Assembly (NCBI RefSeq): GCF_006345805.1
Contig: NC_043011.1
Coordinates: forward strand, 65,794,464-65,858,463
Direction: 5' to 3'
DNA length: 64,000 nucleotides
DNA from: Octopus sinensis
Lineage: Eukaryota
Part shown: in pieces, positions 40,797 through 54,426 of the stretch
How the letters are laid out: each line of letters starts with the position of its first letter
How positions within the stretch are numbered: the first letter of the stretch is position 1
Position numbers and translations under genes: made by a program
Notes under the pieces: model-generated
Database searches by the model: none
Told to the model about the DNA's origin: nothing
What the model saw: only the letters and a program-made list of their open reading frames with translations

Positions 40797-40845
40797 ATGA
40801 TATTAATCTAGAACGTATGTCTTATCCTCACATTTTCATTTGTCG
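40797..40845 (+). pseudogene. Candidate gene A exon 1 (signal peptide) with in-frame TAG: MILI*NVCLILTFSFV(G)
   Basis: Hydrophobic reading ends in phase 1 at donor G|gtagga. It joins GAAVSMG to give a plausible signal peptide. Stop codon at 40809-40811. Confidence 0.4.
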
Positions 40846-41361
40846 GTAGGAAATAAGATTTTCTCTTCTATGCACATATTAATGTTCGTCAAGCGTTTCA
40901 TATCCGAAAAATCGATGATATTAATTAGGCTTTAGTAATATTAAAGGGAAAGACTTTTGTTAAATTTATGCGAAAAACCAATAGATTAAGCGAGAGATAT
41001 GGATATCGCTACTCTCGAGATGATAACTAACTAACTGATTACGAGAGTTTACTAAATGCGATCTTTAGTTGTACATTGCACAGTCTGCCACAGAAGAACA
41101 ATAATTATCCCATAGTTCACCAGTTCATGTAAATAGCAAATAAATTTGTGAAGACGAGATTTAATACAGCTTATATTAGACTAATATGCACATATTAGAC
41201 TATGGGCATGCTTTTGATAGAGCCTAATTTAATGGAATGACGTGACATTATCTGGAATACAATACATACATATATAAAATGTGTGTGCGTGTGTGTGTGT
41301 GTGTGTCATTGTTTTAACCCCTCAGTATGTTTCTTTTTAACACACACGCACACACACAAAC

Positions 41362-41392
<31 letters not shown>

Positions 41393-42384
41393 CAGACAGA
41401 CAGAGACCGAGACAGAGTGATAGACGATAGACCGACTGACAGACAGATAGATATATAGATTGATATATAGATAACGCTTGAACAACTTTAGAATGAATTT
41501 AAAATAACTTGTTCTATTGCAAAGAAAGAGAGGTTCTACTAGTAATAATTCTTTCAAATTCCATTTAAAAGCCAACAATCGTATAGGTTTAAATGTTTCA
41601 TTGATTTACAAGTATTCACATCCCACCTAGATCTATTTTGACTTTCATCTCTTTGCAATCGACATTAAAGTGTATCCGTTCACCACAACGATCGCTAAAA
41701 TTGATTAACAACTGATCAGAAATTTAATCTATGTGGAAAGAATAACTTTAAATATTTGTTTTTATTAGATTACTATTCGGATTATTTCTCAAGCATTTCT
41801 GTAACTACAGCTTTGCAAAATAATGTATTCAGCACAATAATACATCATTATTATTATATTAATAATAGCAATTGACATTAAAGAGACAGTATTTACTTAA
41901 TTTTCAAACAAGTGGATCTTTATAGAGAGCAAATAGCAATACAGTGCTATATGTTGTTAGTGAATGGTATTGCATTTTACAGAAATCCAATAATATATTT
42001 TAGTGCCTGAAATATTTCACACATTAGGTATTCAATATATAACTTTTGCCATCATCTGTGCGAAACAGTGTTACGGCAATATCTTTTCATACACCAGCGC
42101 TGTATTCTTTGTGGTTTTGAATAACATAAAATCTGAAATAGCTTCATTATTATTTCAGTCTTATATGAAACCATGTGTAAATTGTGCATTCAAATAATGA
42201 TGTCGACGTTTTCTCCAAAAGTAGCTGCGGAAATTAATTTAGATTGTATAAATATTGTTTTGTATTTCTCCCGCGTCTGTACACTTTAGATTTGATAGAC
42301 AAGAAGCAGATACCTCCATTCAATATCTCGTAAACCATACCTAAATACCTCAAGAACCATATATCTATATATACATATACATGC

Positions 42385-42462
<78 letters not shown>

Positions 42463-42504
42463 ACGGTTTTTTTTTTTTTTTAAACCGTAATAATAATTTA
42501 ACAC

Positions 42505-44428
42505 TACTTGAAAAGGTAGTGGGTAGCGAACTTCTTCACTACTTCAGGGAGTGACGACCCTGCCTGACACGAGTTCCTGGCTCAGCTGGTTCCGGCTGAC
42601 AGTACCCGGTATGGGCCCCTATCCAGGGTTACGGAAAGTAGACAACCTTCAATGAAATCCGGAGTGGAGCCCCGAAGGCGGTCTAGTGTTCGATTCAACA
42701 CTCTTCCGGCAGCTCCTGCAACCAAGCTGGTGCCAAACGTAATGCACTGCACTCCACTGGACTACATCAGCAAGGTCGAGAGAGGAAACCTGACGATTGG
42801 GCTACCCAGGACTTTCTTATCTATAGCCCAGGCCTGCGCAAAACTGGAGAGGACACTTCAGTGCTGCTGTAAAAAGCTGCCGAAACAACACGGGAGGTAA
42901 CAGTTACGAGTGATAAGTCCATTCAGATTGGCGTAAAATATGGACGCTACGGGTTACCTCTGCCGTTGGGAGGGACTTCCGTGTCCTATTGGTTAGCTAC
43001 TGCCCACCTCAAGCTGGGCAGCCCCCAGTTAAAAAAGGTGCTGACCCGCCACAAGCCGCCTGTTCCATTGGGTGCTTGGAGCTAAGAGTACGGCTCGAAA
43101 AGCGGCCTGCAACCTCTGCACCAGGCAAGCAACTAAAATTCAAGAAAACACCAGTTCTGCAGTTGGCAAGCTGGAATGTCAGGACCATGTGTCCTGGAAT
43201 ATCTGACGATCTTCTCAGTATTGAAGACACAAGGAAAACGGCCATCATTGACCGTGAACTAAAGAGGCTCAACATAGATATTGCTGGGCTGCAGGAGACA
43301 AGACTTCCCTCAAACGGCAGACTCAAAGAGCAGGACTTCACCTTCTTTTGGCAGGGAAGAGATCCAGAAGAACCTCGTCAACATGGCGTTGGCTTTGCAG
43401 TGAGAAACTCACTATTTTCCTCAGTAGAACCACCATCGGGAGGCACTGAGCGTATTCTCTCACTGCGCCTCTCGACTTCTTCTGGCTCAGTACATCTACT
43501 CAGCATCTATGCTCCCACTCTCTACAGCTCAGAGGAGACCAAGGACCAGTTCTACAAAGATCTCAACTGTGTCCTAGAAAATATACCAACGACTGAAAAT
43601 ATCTACCTTCTAGGGGATTTTAACGCTCGCGTAGGATCTGACCATGATTCGTGGCCCATTTGTGTTGGACACTTTGGTATTGGCAACATGAATGACAATG
43701 GTCAGAGACTACTCGAATTCTGCACATACCACAACCTGTGCATCACAAACACATTCTTTACCAGCAAGCCATCCCACAAGGAATCCTGGAGACATCAAAT
43801 ATCTCACCACTGGCATCAGCTGGATATCATTATTACACGGAGATCCTTTCTGAGTTACACTCTATTGACCCGCAGTTACCACAGCGCGGATTGTGACACA
43901 GACCACTCACTAATTAGAAGCAGGGTGAGGATTCTCCTAAAAAAAGTCCATCGCTCCAAGAAAGTGGGCTGACTATGCATCAACACCGCCAGAACCTCGG
44001 ACCCTACACTGCGAAAATGTTTTGCTGCTTCTATCACGGTTGCCCTCAGTAGCTGCCCAACCTCCTCTGCTGAAAGTAGGTGGGACTATATCAGGGAAGC
44101 CTTGTATACGACATCATTGGATATTTTCGGCATGAGAGAAAGGCAAAACCCAGATTGGTTCAATGCTGGGCTCTCAGAGCTGGAGCCAGTTATCGAAGCA
44201 AAGCGTGCAGCTCTGGTGCAATACAAGAGTGACTCTTCTACAAAGTCACTCGAGGAACTCAGAAAGGCACGAAATAAAACCCAACTGACAGCCAGATGCT
44301 GTGCAAATAGGTATTGGCAGGAAATCTGTCAGAGTATCCAGTCAGCTGCTGACAGGGGCGACACCCGTGGGATGTATGCTGGTTTGAACAAGGCCCTCGG
44401 TCCATCCGCAACCAAGTCAGCCCCTCTG
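42505..44428 (+). mobile_element. RTE-clade LINE 5' half (5' UTR + AP endonuclease)
   Basis: ASWNVRT, GLQETR, HGVGFAV, SIYAPT, LGDFNARVG and TDHSL motifs. Truncated before the RT core. Confidence 0.92.
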
Positions 44429-45415
44429 CCAAAAAACCCTCTCTATAGCAAATACCCAATAAGAGTGAATAATGCAGATGTTGACAAAGCCCTGACCCAT
44501 CAATGGCTAATGGCCTCTGGCTTAAAATCTGAAACAGAAGGGATTATAATAGCAGCTCAAGATCAATGCCAACCAATAAGAAACTACCAGGCCAACATAT
44601 TAAAGAGCGGCAGTAGCCCAACATGTGTATGTCAACCACAAAATCAAACCATTGATCATGTTGTCTCCAAGTGCAGTCTTCTAGCGCCAACAGTGTATTT
44701 CAACAGGCATGATAGAGCTGCATAATATATTCACTGGGTAGTCTGCAAAAACCTGGATTTGCCCCATGAAAAAAACTGGTGGGAACACAAACCACCTCTA
44801 GTGCTTAAAAATGACCACATCTCACTCCTCTGGAACTTCACCATTCAAACTGACAGACAGATTGATGCAAATAGGCCAGACATCATATTGAAAGACTTCA
44901 GACAAAGAACATGCCACCTCATTGATATGACTGTCCCAATCGATATAAACGTATCTGTCAAGACCTACCAAAAACTGAGAAAATATAAATATCTCGAAAT
45001 AGAAATCAGCAAAATATGGAACCTGAAGACTAAAACAATACCTGTTGTCATAGGTGCCCTGGGAATGATAGCAAAAGGGGCTGATTACTACCCAACTCAG
45101 ATACCAGGAAACCCCAAAATGGCAGAAATTCAAAAGATAATGCTCATGAGAACTGCGCATATCCTACGCAACATACTTTCTATGTAATCTCAAGGTTTAA
45201 AACAAACATAACATTCTTTTTTTAAGCATTCACTTGTACGAAACTAAATACAAAACGAAATATATGCCACACTAGGCATAACAACAACGTGAACTCCCAA
45301 CCTGTTGTCTCTTGAGGTCTCTGGGTGAGACTTGGAGCCGACTTATACAGACATAATGCAAAAGTCAAACATATGATACTAATAATATTAAAAAAAAATA
45401 ATAATAAAAATGAAC

Positions 45416-45469
<54 letters not shown>

Positions 45470-46787
45470 GCATCCCCCACACATGGATCCTCGAAACACT
45501 AGCACCAACAAAGTAGCACCAACAATCATAAAATTCATAGAGCACTCTATGAATAAATGGCAAACAGTCTACACCTCCAAACAAAAGAGGGACTCATGAA
45601 AACCAAAAACATCCCCATTAGAAGAGGAATATTCCAGGGAGACACGCTCTCTCCACTCCTTTTCTGCTTGGAACTGTCACCTCTATCTGATATGCTAAAT
45701 AGAACTGGATGCGGATATAAATGTTACGGCAAAACAATCAACCACCTTTTATATATGGATGACCTAAAACTATACGCTGCAAATGACAAACAGCTGGAAA
45801 CACTATTAAAGACAGTTCATGGATTTACCAAAGAAATAGATATGAAATTTGGATTAGAAAAATGCGCCAAAGTAACCATGAAAAGAGGAAAACTAGTTAA
45901 GAGTAACAACATCACACTAGATAAAACCAATGAAATAAAAGAATTAGACCCAAGCCAAACTTACAAATACTTAGGAATCCATGAACTAGATAAGACACAG
46001 CACACACAAATGAAAGAGAAAATAAAAAAAAGAATATTATAGACCTAACAAATATAAAGAAGAAGAAAAGTAATTTAACATGAATGAAAAGTAATATAAC
46101 AAGTAACTGCAGAATATGTGGAGATGGACAAGAAACAATAAATCATATTATCTCTGGATGCCCAGTCCTGGCTAAGAAGGAATATATTCACAGACATGAC
46201 AGAGTTGGAACCTACATACACTGGAAGCTATGCCAACAATATGGAATAACAACAGAAAAAAGATGGTATAGGCACACACCAGAAAAGGTCACAGAAAACG
46301 AGAAAGCAACCATACTCTGGGATATGCCAATACACACAGATAGAGGAATTAAGGCCAACAGACTAGATATAGTTGTCAGAGATCATGAAGAAAAAAAATG
46401 CTTTCTAACTGATGTATCAATACCGGCAGATGACAACGTGTCTCTAAAAGAAATGGAAAAACTTTCAAAATACAAAGACCTGGAAAAAGAGGTAACCAGA
46501 ATGTGGAATCCCAAAACAGAAACAATTCCTATCATAGTAGGTGCATTAGGCATGATAAAAAATATTCAGACTAATACATAACAAAAACACCAGGACATAC
46601 AAACACATATAACATACAGAAAATTGCACTACTAGGCACTGCACACATCCTACGCAGAACACTTTCCATACAATAACCATCAGAGAATCACAATAAATCA
46701 CAGCACATACCCAAGGCACACAGAGCTGCGCTCGGTAGTGAAGTGAAAGCACGCTATAAAAATAAAACTACTGAATAATAATAATAG

Positions 46788-46872
<85 letters not shown>

Positions 46873-47400
46873 GATAATAATGATGATAATAATAATAAAC
46901 CACCCCAGTGCTTGAAAATGACCACATCTCACTCCTCTGGAACTTCACCATTCAAACTGACAGAAAGATAGATGAAAATAGGCCAGACATTATATTGAAA
47001 GAAGTCAAACAAAGAACATGCATCCTCATCGATATGACTGTCCCAATCGATATAAACGTATCTGATAAGACCTACCAAAAACTGAGCAAGTATAAAGACC
47101 TTGAAATAGATATCAGCAAAATGTGGAAGTTGAAGACTAAAACAATACCAGTTGTCATAGGTGCCCTAGGAATGATAGCAAAAGGGCTGATTGCTACCTA
47201 AATCAAATACTAGGAAACCCAAAAATGACAGAAATTCAAAAGATAGGGCTCATGGGAACTGCTCATATCCTACGCAAAATACTTTCTATGTAATCTCAAG
47301 GTTTAAAACAAACAATGTTTTTTTAGAAATCCACTTGTACAACACATAAAACAACCAAATATATGGCACACTAGGCATAACAACAACGTGAACTTCCAAC
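44429..47400 (+). mobile_element. Stack of three R4/Dong-like 3' fragments separated by (AAT)n (44429-45420, 45470-46770, 46900-47400)
   Basis: SETEGIIIAAQDQ, RGIFQGDTLSPLLFC, HLLYMDDLKLY, CRIC..ETINHIISGC and repeated NRPDII/KYKDL motifs. The third piece is paralogous to 44790-45300. Confidence 0.9.
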
Positions 47401-47885
47401 GGTACCGAGTACAATTTAGCTGGCTGCGGAATGAGACAGTAGACATATGAAATTAATTTAGTAATAACAATATTAGCAACAGTCAGCCTTTACTCCTGAG
47501 TAATCATATATTATATAAATGCATTATACAATGAATAAAACTCTTTTAACAAACCTTTCGAAAGCAGGACTGAATTTGCCCATATTGTACATAGTTACGT
47601 AACACTCAGTATCGAACATTCTATCAGACAGGGTCATATGTCACGCGTTGATTACTAACATGAAATTAAATAACAATGCCTCCCACTGAATTTAACACCT
47701 CTTCATAAATATAATTACTGAAAAAGTTTATTGCAAATCACTTGAAAGGTAGTGCTTACCAAAGAATGATTCCATATAACAATTTCCTGATTACATAATA
47801 AAGCACTAAAACATTCGTTTGTTTCTTCTTCATATTGCAGACATATTGCTGCTATGAAATTACTTTAACTGTTATTTCCTATCAG

Positions 47886-47979
47886 GTGCTGCGGTATCAA
47901 TGGGCCATTGTAATTTGATGGCTATTCAACGTTGTCCTGCATCTTATTATGGATATAACAATAACGATGCATTTTGCAG
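47886..47979 (+). CDS. Gene A exon 2: (G)AAVSMGHCNLMAIQRCPASYYGYNNNDAFC(R) (94 nt, phase 1-2)
   Basis: Acceptor ttatttcctatcag and donor AG|gtttgt. C-x7-C-x13-C. Shares MA, CP and SY with gene B exon 2. Confidence 0.85.
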
Positions 47980-48408
47980 GTTTGTATTTTATCATACTCG
48001 TATCGTTACTATAAATGATATGAATAGAGATATGACCACATATGTTGAAGATGCGTACTACTGCCCAACGGTTCGGAAGTACTATTTACAATTTTTAGTG
48101 TCTGTGCTCGACTCTATTACAAAGCACTATCCACAAATGAAATTATCTATGCTCTCCATTCATCACATCTCTTTGGGAAATGGAGGCTGTGTGAATATAT
48201 ACAATAAATGAAGTGGTTCAGTCTGCCCGAGCAATCTACCTCCCTAAAATGCCTTCTGAATTAAAGTACTGAGGCACGTCTTTCAACTGCTTGAATGCAT
48301 TTAAGTTAATCTCCTATCATTTCAGTGGATGGAACAATGCCTCATCGCCTTCGTATGGCAGAGATCCACAACGCGCCCATGAATATTTTTCCTGTGTACA
48401 TATAAAAA

Positions 48409-48473
<65 letters not shown>

Positions 48474-49176
48474 GCATACATACAGACATACATACATACA
48501 TATAGGTGAGAGTGTAGGTATGTGAAAGCACGTAGTTGGATGTATAAAAGACAAAATACAGTGAAAAAATCTACCAAGTCCACAAGCATGCTTACCTTTG
48601 AGCTGCGTCTCCGTATGTATGTGTGGATATGTATGAATGTAGTTGAAATTTACAGAAAAACAAAAGTCGAAGACAGGTGTATATACCACAAACAGGTGCA
48701 TTAGGGAATGTGAGAAAGTATCTTACGTTTGGAGCCAACGCCCTTCAACAGAAAGAAAGACAAGTAAATGAACAGACAGAGAATAAAAAAGCTTTTGTAG
48801 CTAGCGTTCTAAACACGTATGTGTGTGTTTCTGTGTGTGTATGTGTGTGTATGTGTGTGTGTGTGCGTGTGTGTCTCAGTGGTTGTATGTGTTATTGACG
48901 CACTATCAAATACCATTCATGAACACGTGGTTACAGAAGAAATGTTATTTTCCAGTTTTGGCTTTTTTGTATCAGCGAATTCAGTCTATTATTGTTCGTT
49001 GGGTGCATTTCTAACTGCAACACCATGCAGTTCATTTTGTAAATTGCACTAAAATCTGAAGATCGAAGTCGAAATATCGACACAGTGGTTCATAGTGATT
49101 GGATATAAAAATAAAAACAAAATGTCTCGTTTTTCTTTCTGAAATAAACAAAATAATATTTCTTGTTGTCTTACAG

Positions 49177-49264
49177 GTATTTTAAAGAGCCTAACTCCTG
49201 TTATCGTTTAATTAGTAAGAAATGTACATTATACTTCAAAACAATAAAAGAAAAAATGTGCTCG
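49177..49264 (+). CDS. Gene A exon 3: YFKEPNSCYRLISKKCTLYFKTIKEKMCS (88 nt, phase 2-0)
   Basis: Acceptor tcttgttgtcttacag and donor CG|gtgaga. Same size and phases as gene C exon 3. Confidence 0.85.
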
Positions 49265-50092
49265 GTGAGATATTTATACTACCCCCTTTTCTGATCCCAC
49301 AGGGTCTGGGAAGTTAAACTTTGTATTATGAGGGAGTTATTATCGCTAACATATATTTCTTTAGATACTTACGAAAAAATGCTCATGATACTTTTCCGTA
49401 CTATTTACCTTCCGGTACACTGGTTTCAGATTCCAACGATTCCAACTTCGAAATTAATCCGTTTGATTTTGAGGAAATAGAATGTACAATAGGAGGTGTG
49501 ATTGCAATTTTATCATCTAAACATTTCTCAAATTTCCAGTCACTTCACCGCAATCAGAAACTATTATTTCATTTCTGGAGCGGCAATCCGACAGTCTCTA
49601 GAGTGCCACCATTTGGTACGTGACTTCAAATTTCTATTTACTTGAACTCTCAAAATTTGAATCATGTGTGTTCAAATATCACTGAGATGATCTTAAACAA
49701 TGATGTCCTTTTTCATATATTAGTAACGAAACTGTAGCCCAGCACTCCACCGATTTGTTGGCTTGAGCGTAAAATTATTCGTCTAACGTTCCATAAGAAT
49801 CCTGTCTACCTAAATAGTGCAATAGTGTTTATGAACATGGTTGGCGATTTGCAAAATTTCAAGCTTGATTATGACACTGGAATACGAAAAAGGAAAAGAG
49901 ATGCTGTTAGTATTATGGTCTCATCCTCATTTACTTACATATGACCGCTCACTCATAAACACGGGTATACAGAGTATTGATTGGTTACACTTATAACGAG
50001 GTAGATGTGACAGGATTGACATTTAACACGTTTTCATACATGTGTTGTGCATCTATCGATAAATATTCCAAATATTCCACAAATGGTTTTTT

Positions 50093-50417
50093 TTTGTGTC
50101 TGGGGGAGAGATTCTGTTTTAATGCCTTATTAATTAACACACTCAGTGGCTTGATTTTCATTCATTTAAATATTCATTTTCCTAACATTTTCCTTGCTTC
50201 TTGCAACCAGTTCAACAGTTATTGACTCTGTCCGTTATCAAGAATTGCGTTGATGGAAAAAAAAAACGCAGCTTCGATAACGGACAGAATGAATGACTAT
50301 TGAAGAGGTTGCAAGAAGCGCCGAACGTTTTAGAAAAAAATAAATGAGTTTAAATCGAACAGAAGAGAGTGATATTTAATAAGACATTAAATCAGAATGG
50401 CTCTCCCCAGGCACAAT
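50093..50417. mobile_element. Palindromic MITE-like element (diverged)
   Basis: ttgtgtctggggg...tgtccgttatc...gcgtt mirrors aacgc...gataacggaca...ccccaggcacaa. Confidence 0.75.
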
Positions 50418-50536
50418 AAAATATACTTCAACACACGAATTCACATGCAGAATCTTCCAAACCAATTGCAAAACCTATATTCCGGACGTTTTGTTTTCTA
50501 ACTAATACGTTTATATCATTTCAAAATATTTTCCAG

Positions 50537-50662
50537 GGAGGTAAATCAAGTTTCGTCTCTAGTGGCATTAATCTCGTATTACCAACATTACAAGTGATAT
50601 CAACATTGTATTACTCTGTTCCAAGTCTACGTTTGGAGGCCTATACAGTGACGTACAATTGA
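50537..50662 (+). CDS. Candidate gene A exon 4: GGKSSFVSSGINLVLPTLQVISTLYYSVPSLRLEAYTVTYN*
   Basis: Acceptor atattttccag. Open in phase 0, Ser/Gly-rich then hydrophobic, loosely like gene C exons 4-5. Confidence 0.35.
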   Translation, partial: GGKSSFVSSGINLVLPTLQVISTLYYSVPSLRLEAYTVTYN

Positions 50663-51149
50663 TTAATGAGCGCCAACAAATCATTATTGAATACTACGTA
50701 AGTTATACATAGGTAATTTACACAATAATACTCATTTCAAGCAATGATAGATGTCAGAAAGAGGATAACGAAACTCTCTTCACTTCCAGAATGATGTTAT
50801 TTTAAGCCAGCGGCCCATATTGCGTTGTCAATCTGCATTAAGGAGTACATTTCCCACATCGCGGTACTCAACACTCGTAAAAGAAAGCGCTACCGGCAGA
50901 TCTTTTCTTCTGACCCATCCTTCTCACCTATCGTCAAAATCTTCGTGTGATGTATCTTCCTTTCATTAGAAGATATACATTTCACACAATCCGGTAGGTA
51001 CTGAATTAATAAATACAACTTCAGTTTCATGTTCAGCTGTGGGCCTAATTAAAATACCTTTTTATGAACGCATCGAAGTCATATTCTTAATTCTTGAATA
51101 TTCATGATTTTATAAACAGTCTTCTAATCGTTTTTTGTTTACTTTACAG

Positions 51150-51228
51150 GTTGTTTCAAATAATATTTGTGGCTGTAGTTGTATTCATAATGTTAGTTCG
51201 TAAATTCAATAAATATGGATGCTACTAA
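51150..51228 (+). CDS. Candidate gene A terminal exon (phase-2 reading LFQIIFVAVVVFIMLVRKFNKYGCY*)
   Basis: Very strong acceptor ttttttgtttactttacag and a hydrophobic frame. Phase link to upstream exons is unresolved. Confidence 0.3.
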
Positions 51229-51929
51229 GACGGTATATCCACATTTTGTTGTGTTTTTATTTAATAGACAGATGGTGTATGAAAGCAACGTCCTAATTGT
51301 GTAATCTCTACAACTGCCATAACATATATAGGCTTTAATGGAGTCGGTTACGAAAAGTAGAGACGAAAATACACCCACTGATGCACGCACGTAAAGACAA
51401 ACTTATATACGTACAAGAACTTGAATGAGTCACCTACATTTATTTGCTTTTCTAATAAATAATTCAACATTTGAAGTTTAGTAAGTCTCCTGTCAACTTC
51501 CTTGGACTCGTCCAGTTGCACTTCCATCAACCCAAAAGAAGAACAAACGGAGGGAAATATATCGCGCGAATTCCAGAAAACATAGAAGCTTTGAAGGATT
51601 TAGTGTCCCGACGGATACTGACGCTGGTAGTTTATTCTATGATTTATCACTTCTAAGCTTGAAATGTTGTTTCCTAAAGTCATGGGTGCTGTGTTGTATT
51701 TGAATTTGTTATCATGTCTGCAAGGGACATATGGGAATCAAAAATGTTCGCAATATTGTTGTTGGATACACTTGTGAGTATCGGCCAATTCACTTGCCAA
51801 ACGTCGTTACTTTAACGTAAGAAAGCCCAGTAATTAAGAAGCGTAGAATTTGGTAGATGCACAAGGGTGAGTAGTCGCTTGATTTCACACTTCAGGGTTC
51901 CAGATTGGGGACACAAACCATTTACACCT

Positions 51930-52300
51930 TTAAATAGATAGCTGGAGAGCGGCTAAAAAGATCTTACTGAGAGATGCCAAGAAACCTTCAGCCTTCTTTA
52001 TCGTCTTAGAGATGTGGCGTATCCTTTCAAATGACGTCTCATACAGTGAAGAATAATGTACTCCAAACATGAATTATTTTGACCGAGAATAATGGAATTC
52101 AGCCAATCATAGAGATCATCTTTCACACCCATTGTAGAAAGTTTTGCCATGAGTTGCTGGTGTGCCACAGAATTGAAGGTTGTATCAAAGTCAAGTTCCA
52201 CAACAGTAACTCATCAGCCGTCATCATGAATTCCAGAAAAATAATAATTTCCAGAATCCCAAAAGTCACATTAGGAGTCGACAGCAGTTAGACGGGAAAG
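51930..52300 (-). mobile_element. Degenerate CR1-type RT fragment
   Basis: LDFDTTFNSVAHQQLMAKL...WLNS resembles LDFSKAFDSVPH..LL.KL. Confidence 0.65.
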
Positions 52301-52319
52301 GTCGATGTACTATCAACAG

Positions 52320-52405
<86 letters not shown>

Positions 52406-53019
52406 GTATGTATATGTATGTATGCATATATGTATATGAATGTATGTATATATATATACAAAAATATATAGAGAGAGATAGATACTTATAGTTACAGTCG
52501 TACACACACACACACACACACATGTATATATATATATATATATATATACTTATACACACATGCCTGCACACACATATACATACATGCGAGTGTGTGTGTG
52601 TTTAGATAACAACGTTCTTTTTGATATTTGCTTGGCCGTCTTTATTGCTGGACTTGGTCCAATGTCGGAGTTTGTCAACGTATCCTTGGGAAGTATTACT
52701 CTCCAACGTTCTCCGTTGTTTTCAAACGCATGTAAATATTTACTAACATACATCGTCCCATTCCCTACTCGGACCACGTCGAGGACAAAAGACAGCCAAG
52801 CAAATAAACACTCTGATCGAAGCAGAAAACCATGTCATCACGAAACATATAACGAATCAAAAGCCAACAAATTAAACCAATCCAAATTTCAACACCACCA
52901 ACATCAGCAAAGAGCTAACACTAAATACTGCGAAAGCTAAGCATTAATACCTTGAGAAATCACAAGCATCTCAAAATAATTAACAGAAAATATGATGTCA
53001 TTATTGAAGAGAAACTATG

Positions 53020-53250
53020 GAGTCGATTGCCATAGTGGTTAGCGTGTTGGACTTATGATCACATGATTGTAGTTTCCCTTCCTGGACCGGGTGACCCGTT
53101 GTTTTTATGAGCAAAGAACATTATTTCACATTACTCTATTCCACTCGGCTGGCAAAAATGACTAAATCTGTTACGGATCTACCTCTCTTTCAGTTGGAAA
53201 ATATATACGACAAAGAAACCGGGATATCGGCCCGTTGAGTCCACAACACA
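53020..53250 (+). mobile_element. Degenerate tRNA-derived SINE (second family)
   Basis: A-box-like gccatagtggttagcgtg and a B-box-like segment, followed by a core-like region. Confidence 0.5.
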
Positions 53251-53871
53251 CGGGAAGGAACTCAATGGGAGAAACAACCGATCACATGTAAACTTGAAAC
53301 AGAGTCTCCGGTTTTTAGATCTCAAAATTTCAAAGTGACGAAATATTTGAGATTTATAGAGTTAGACATGAGCATGTATAAAACATCGGCGAAGAATATC
53401 CCCCATCACATCACAGTGATTCAATAGACTCTCATAGAGCTTCCAAGATGTAACTCAGATTCCCATGGCTGAATCAACTGGTCTTCGTGAGATTCAAATT
53501 TGTAGGTATTTTGTTTTCTCTTCTCACCTTTGGTTTTAGCATACTTGGCAGCTATAAGAATTTATTATCATATTGACTAATACACCGGGTAACACCTATG
53601 TCCATGTTGTCTCAATATGTTCTTTTAAAGGGCACCGCAACAGAAGTTTTCTTCTTTATGAATGTTAGCCGCATATTTTTTTATTGTGTTTCGTCGTAGA
53701 ATAAGTGAATTATTCATTACACAAACAATAGTCTCAACAAACGAAAAAACTATTCCATTAAATATTTTATTTATGTCACATATGCAATTTAAAATGTCAA
53801 CTGGTAGAGTTTACTACTGAAAAACAAATATAATGAATCAATCGTATTATTTTACGTAGGACATGTGTTAC

Positions 53872-53925
53872 TATATAATTAGTTATTTATGATAAAATTG
53901 TGAAGGTGACCTGTCTAGTATCAGT
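53872..53925 (+). promoter_or_regulatory. Candidate core promoter of gene B
   Basis: TATATAA at 53872, GATAAAA at 53891 and an initiator-like TCAGT at 53921, 28 nt before the ATG. Confidence 0.35.
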
Positions 53926-53948
53926 GTTAGATTGACAGAGGCAACAGT

Positions 53949-53988
53949 ATGAGTCAACTTACCATAATTATTTTTCTTCTTGCGCTTG
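53949..53988 (+). CDS. Gene B exon 1 (signal peptide): MSQLTIIIFLLAL (40 coding nt, phase 1)
   Basis: ATG, a hydrophobic core and a consensus donor G|gtaagt. Confidence 0.82.
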
Positions 53989-54373
53989 GTAAGTATTTCT
54001 ATGAATTATTATCAGCGATATTTATATCTAAGTTTACAGGATCCAAATTCACCTATCCATATTCATAAGTATTCTAAGTTCCATGTATGCATGTGTGTGT
54101 GTGAGTGTGTGTTTATCTATGCCTCTGTGAATATGCATATATGGATATGAGGCTGTATGTATGTATGGTTGGATGGATGCAAGAATGTACATTTCTTCAT
54201 GGTTACATATGATTTGGCAGCGTTTAATTAAAATTAATTAAAGGAAGTAATTGTTTTTTAATGTAACGTTAAATACAATATTTTGACTACGGTTAGTCGC
54301 CATTCAGCTGCATAATCCCGTTGATAGTGACACGCTGAGAGACGCCAATTCCAAAGAGCATCTTTACCTTTAT

Positions 54374-54426
<53 letters not shown>

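Noticed and set aside
47854-47885. MKLL*LLF... as an unspliced signal peptide for gene A
   Set aside because: Needs both a stop repair and a frameshift, and the paralogues have a phase-1 intron at this point.
49056-49085. CTGAAGA...GAAA hammerhead-like motif
   Set aside because: No convincing stem I pairing.
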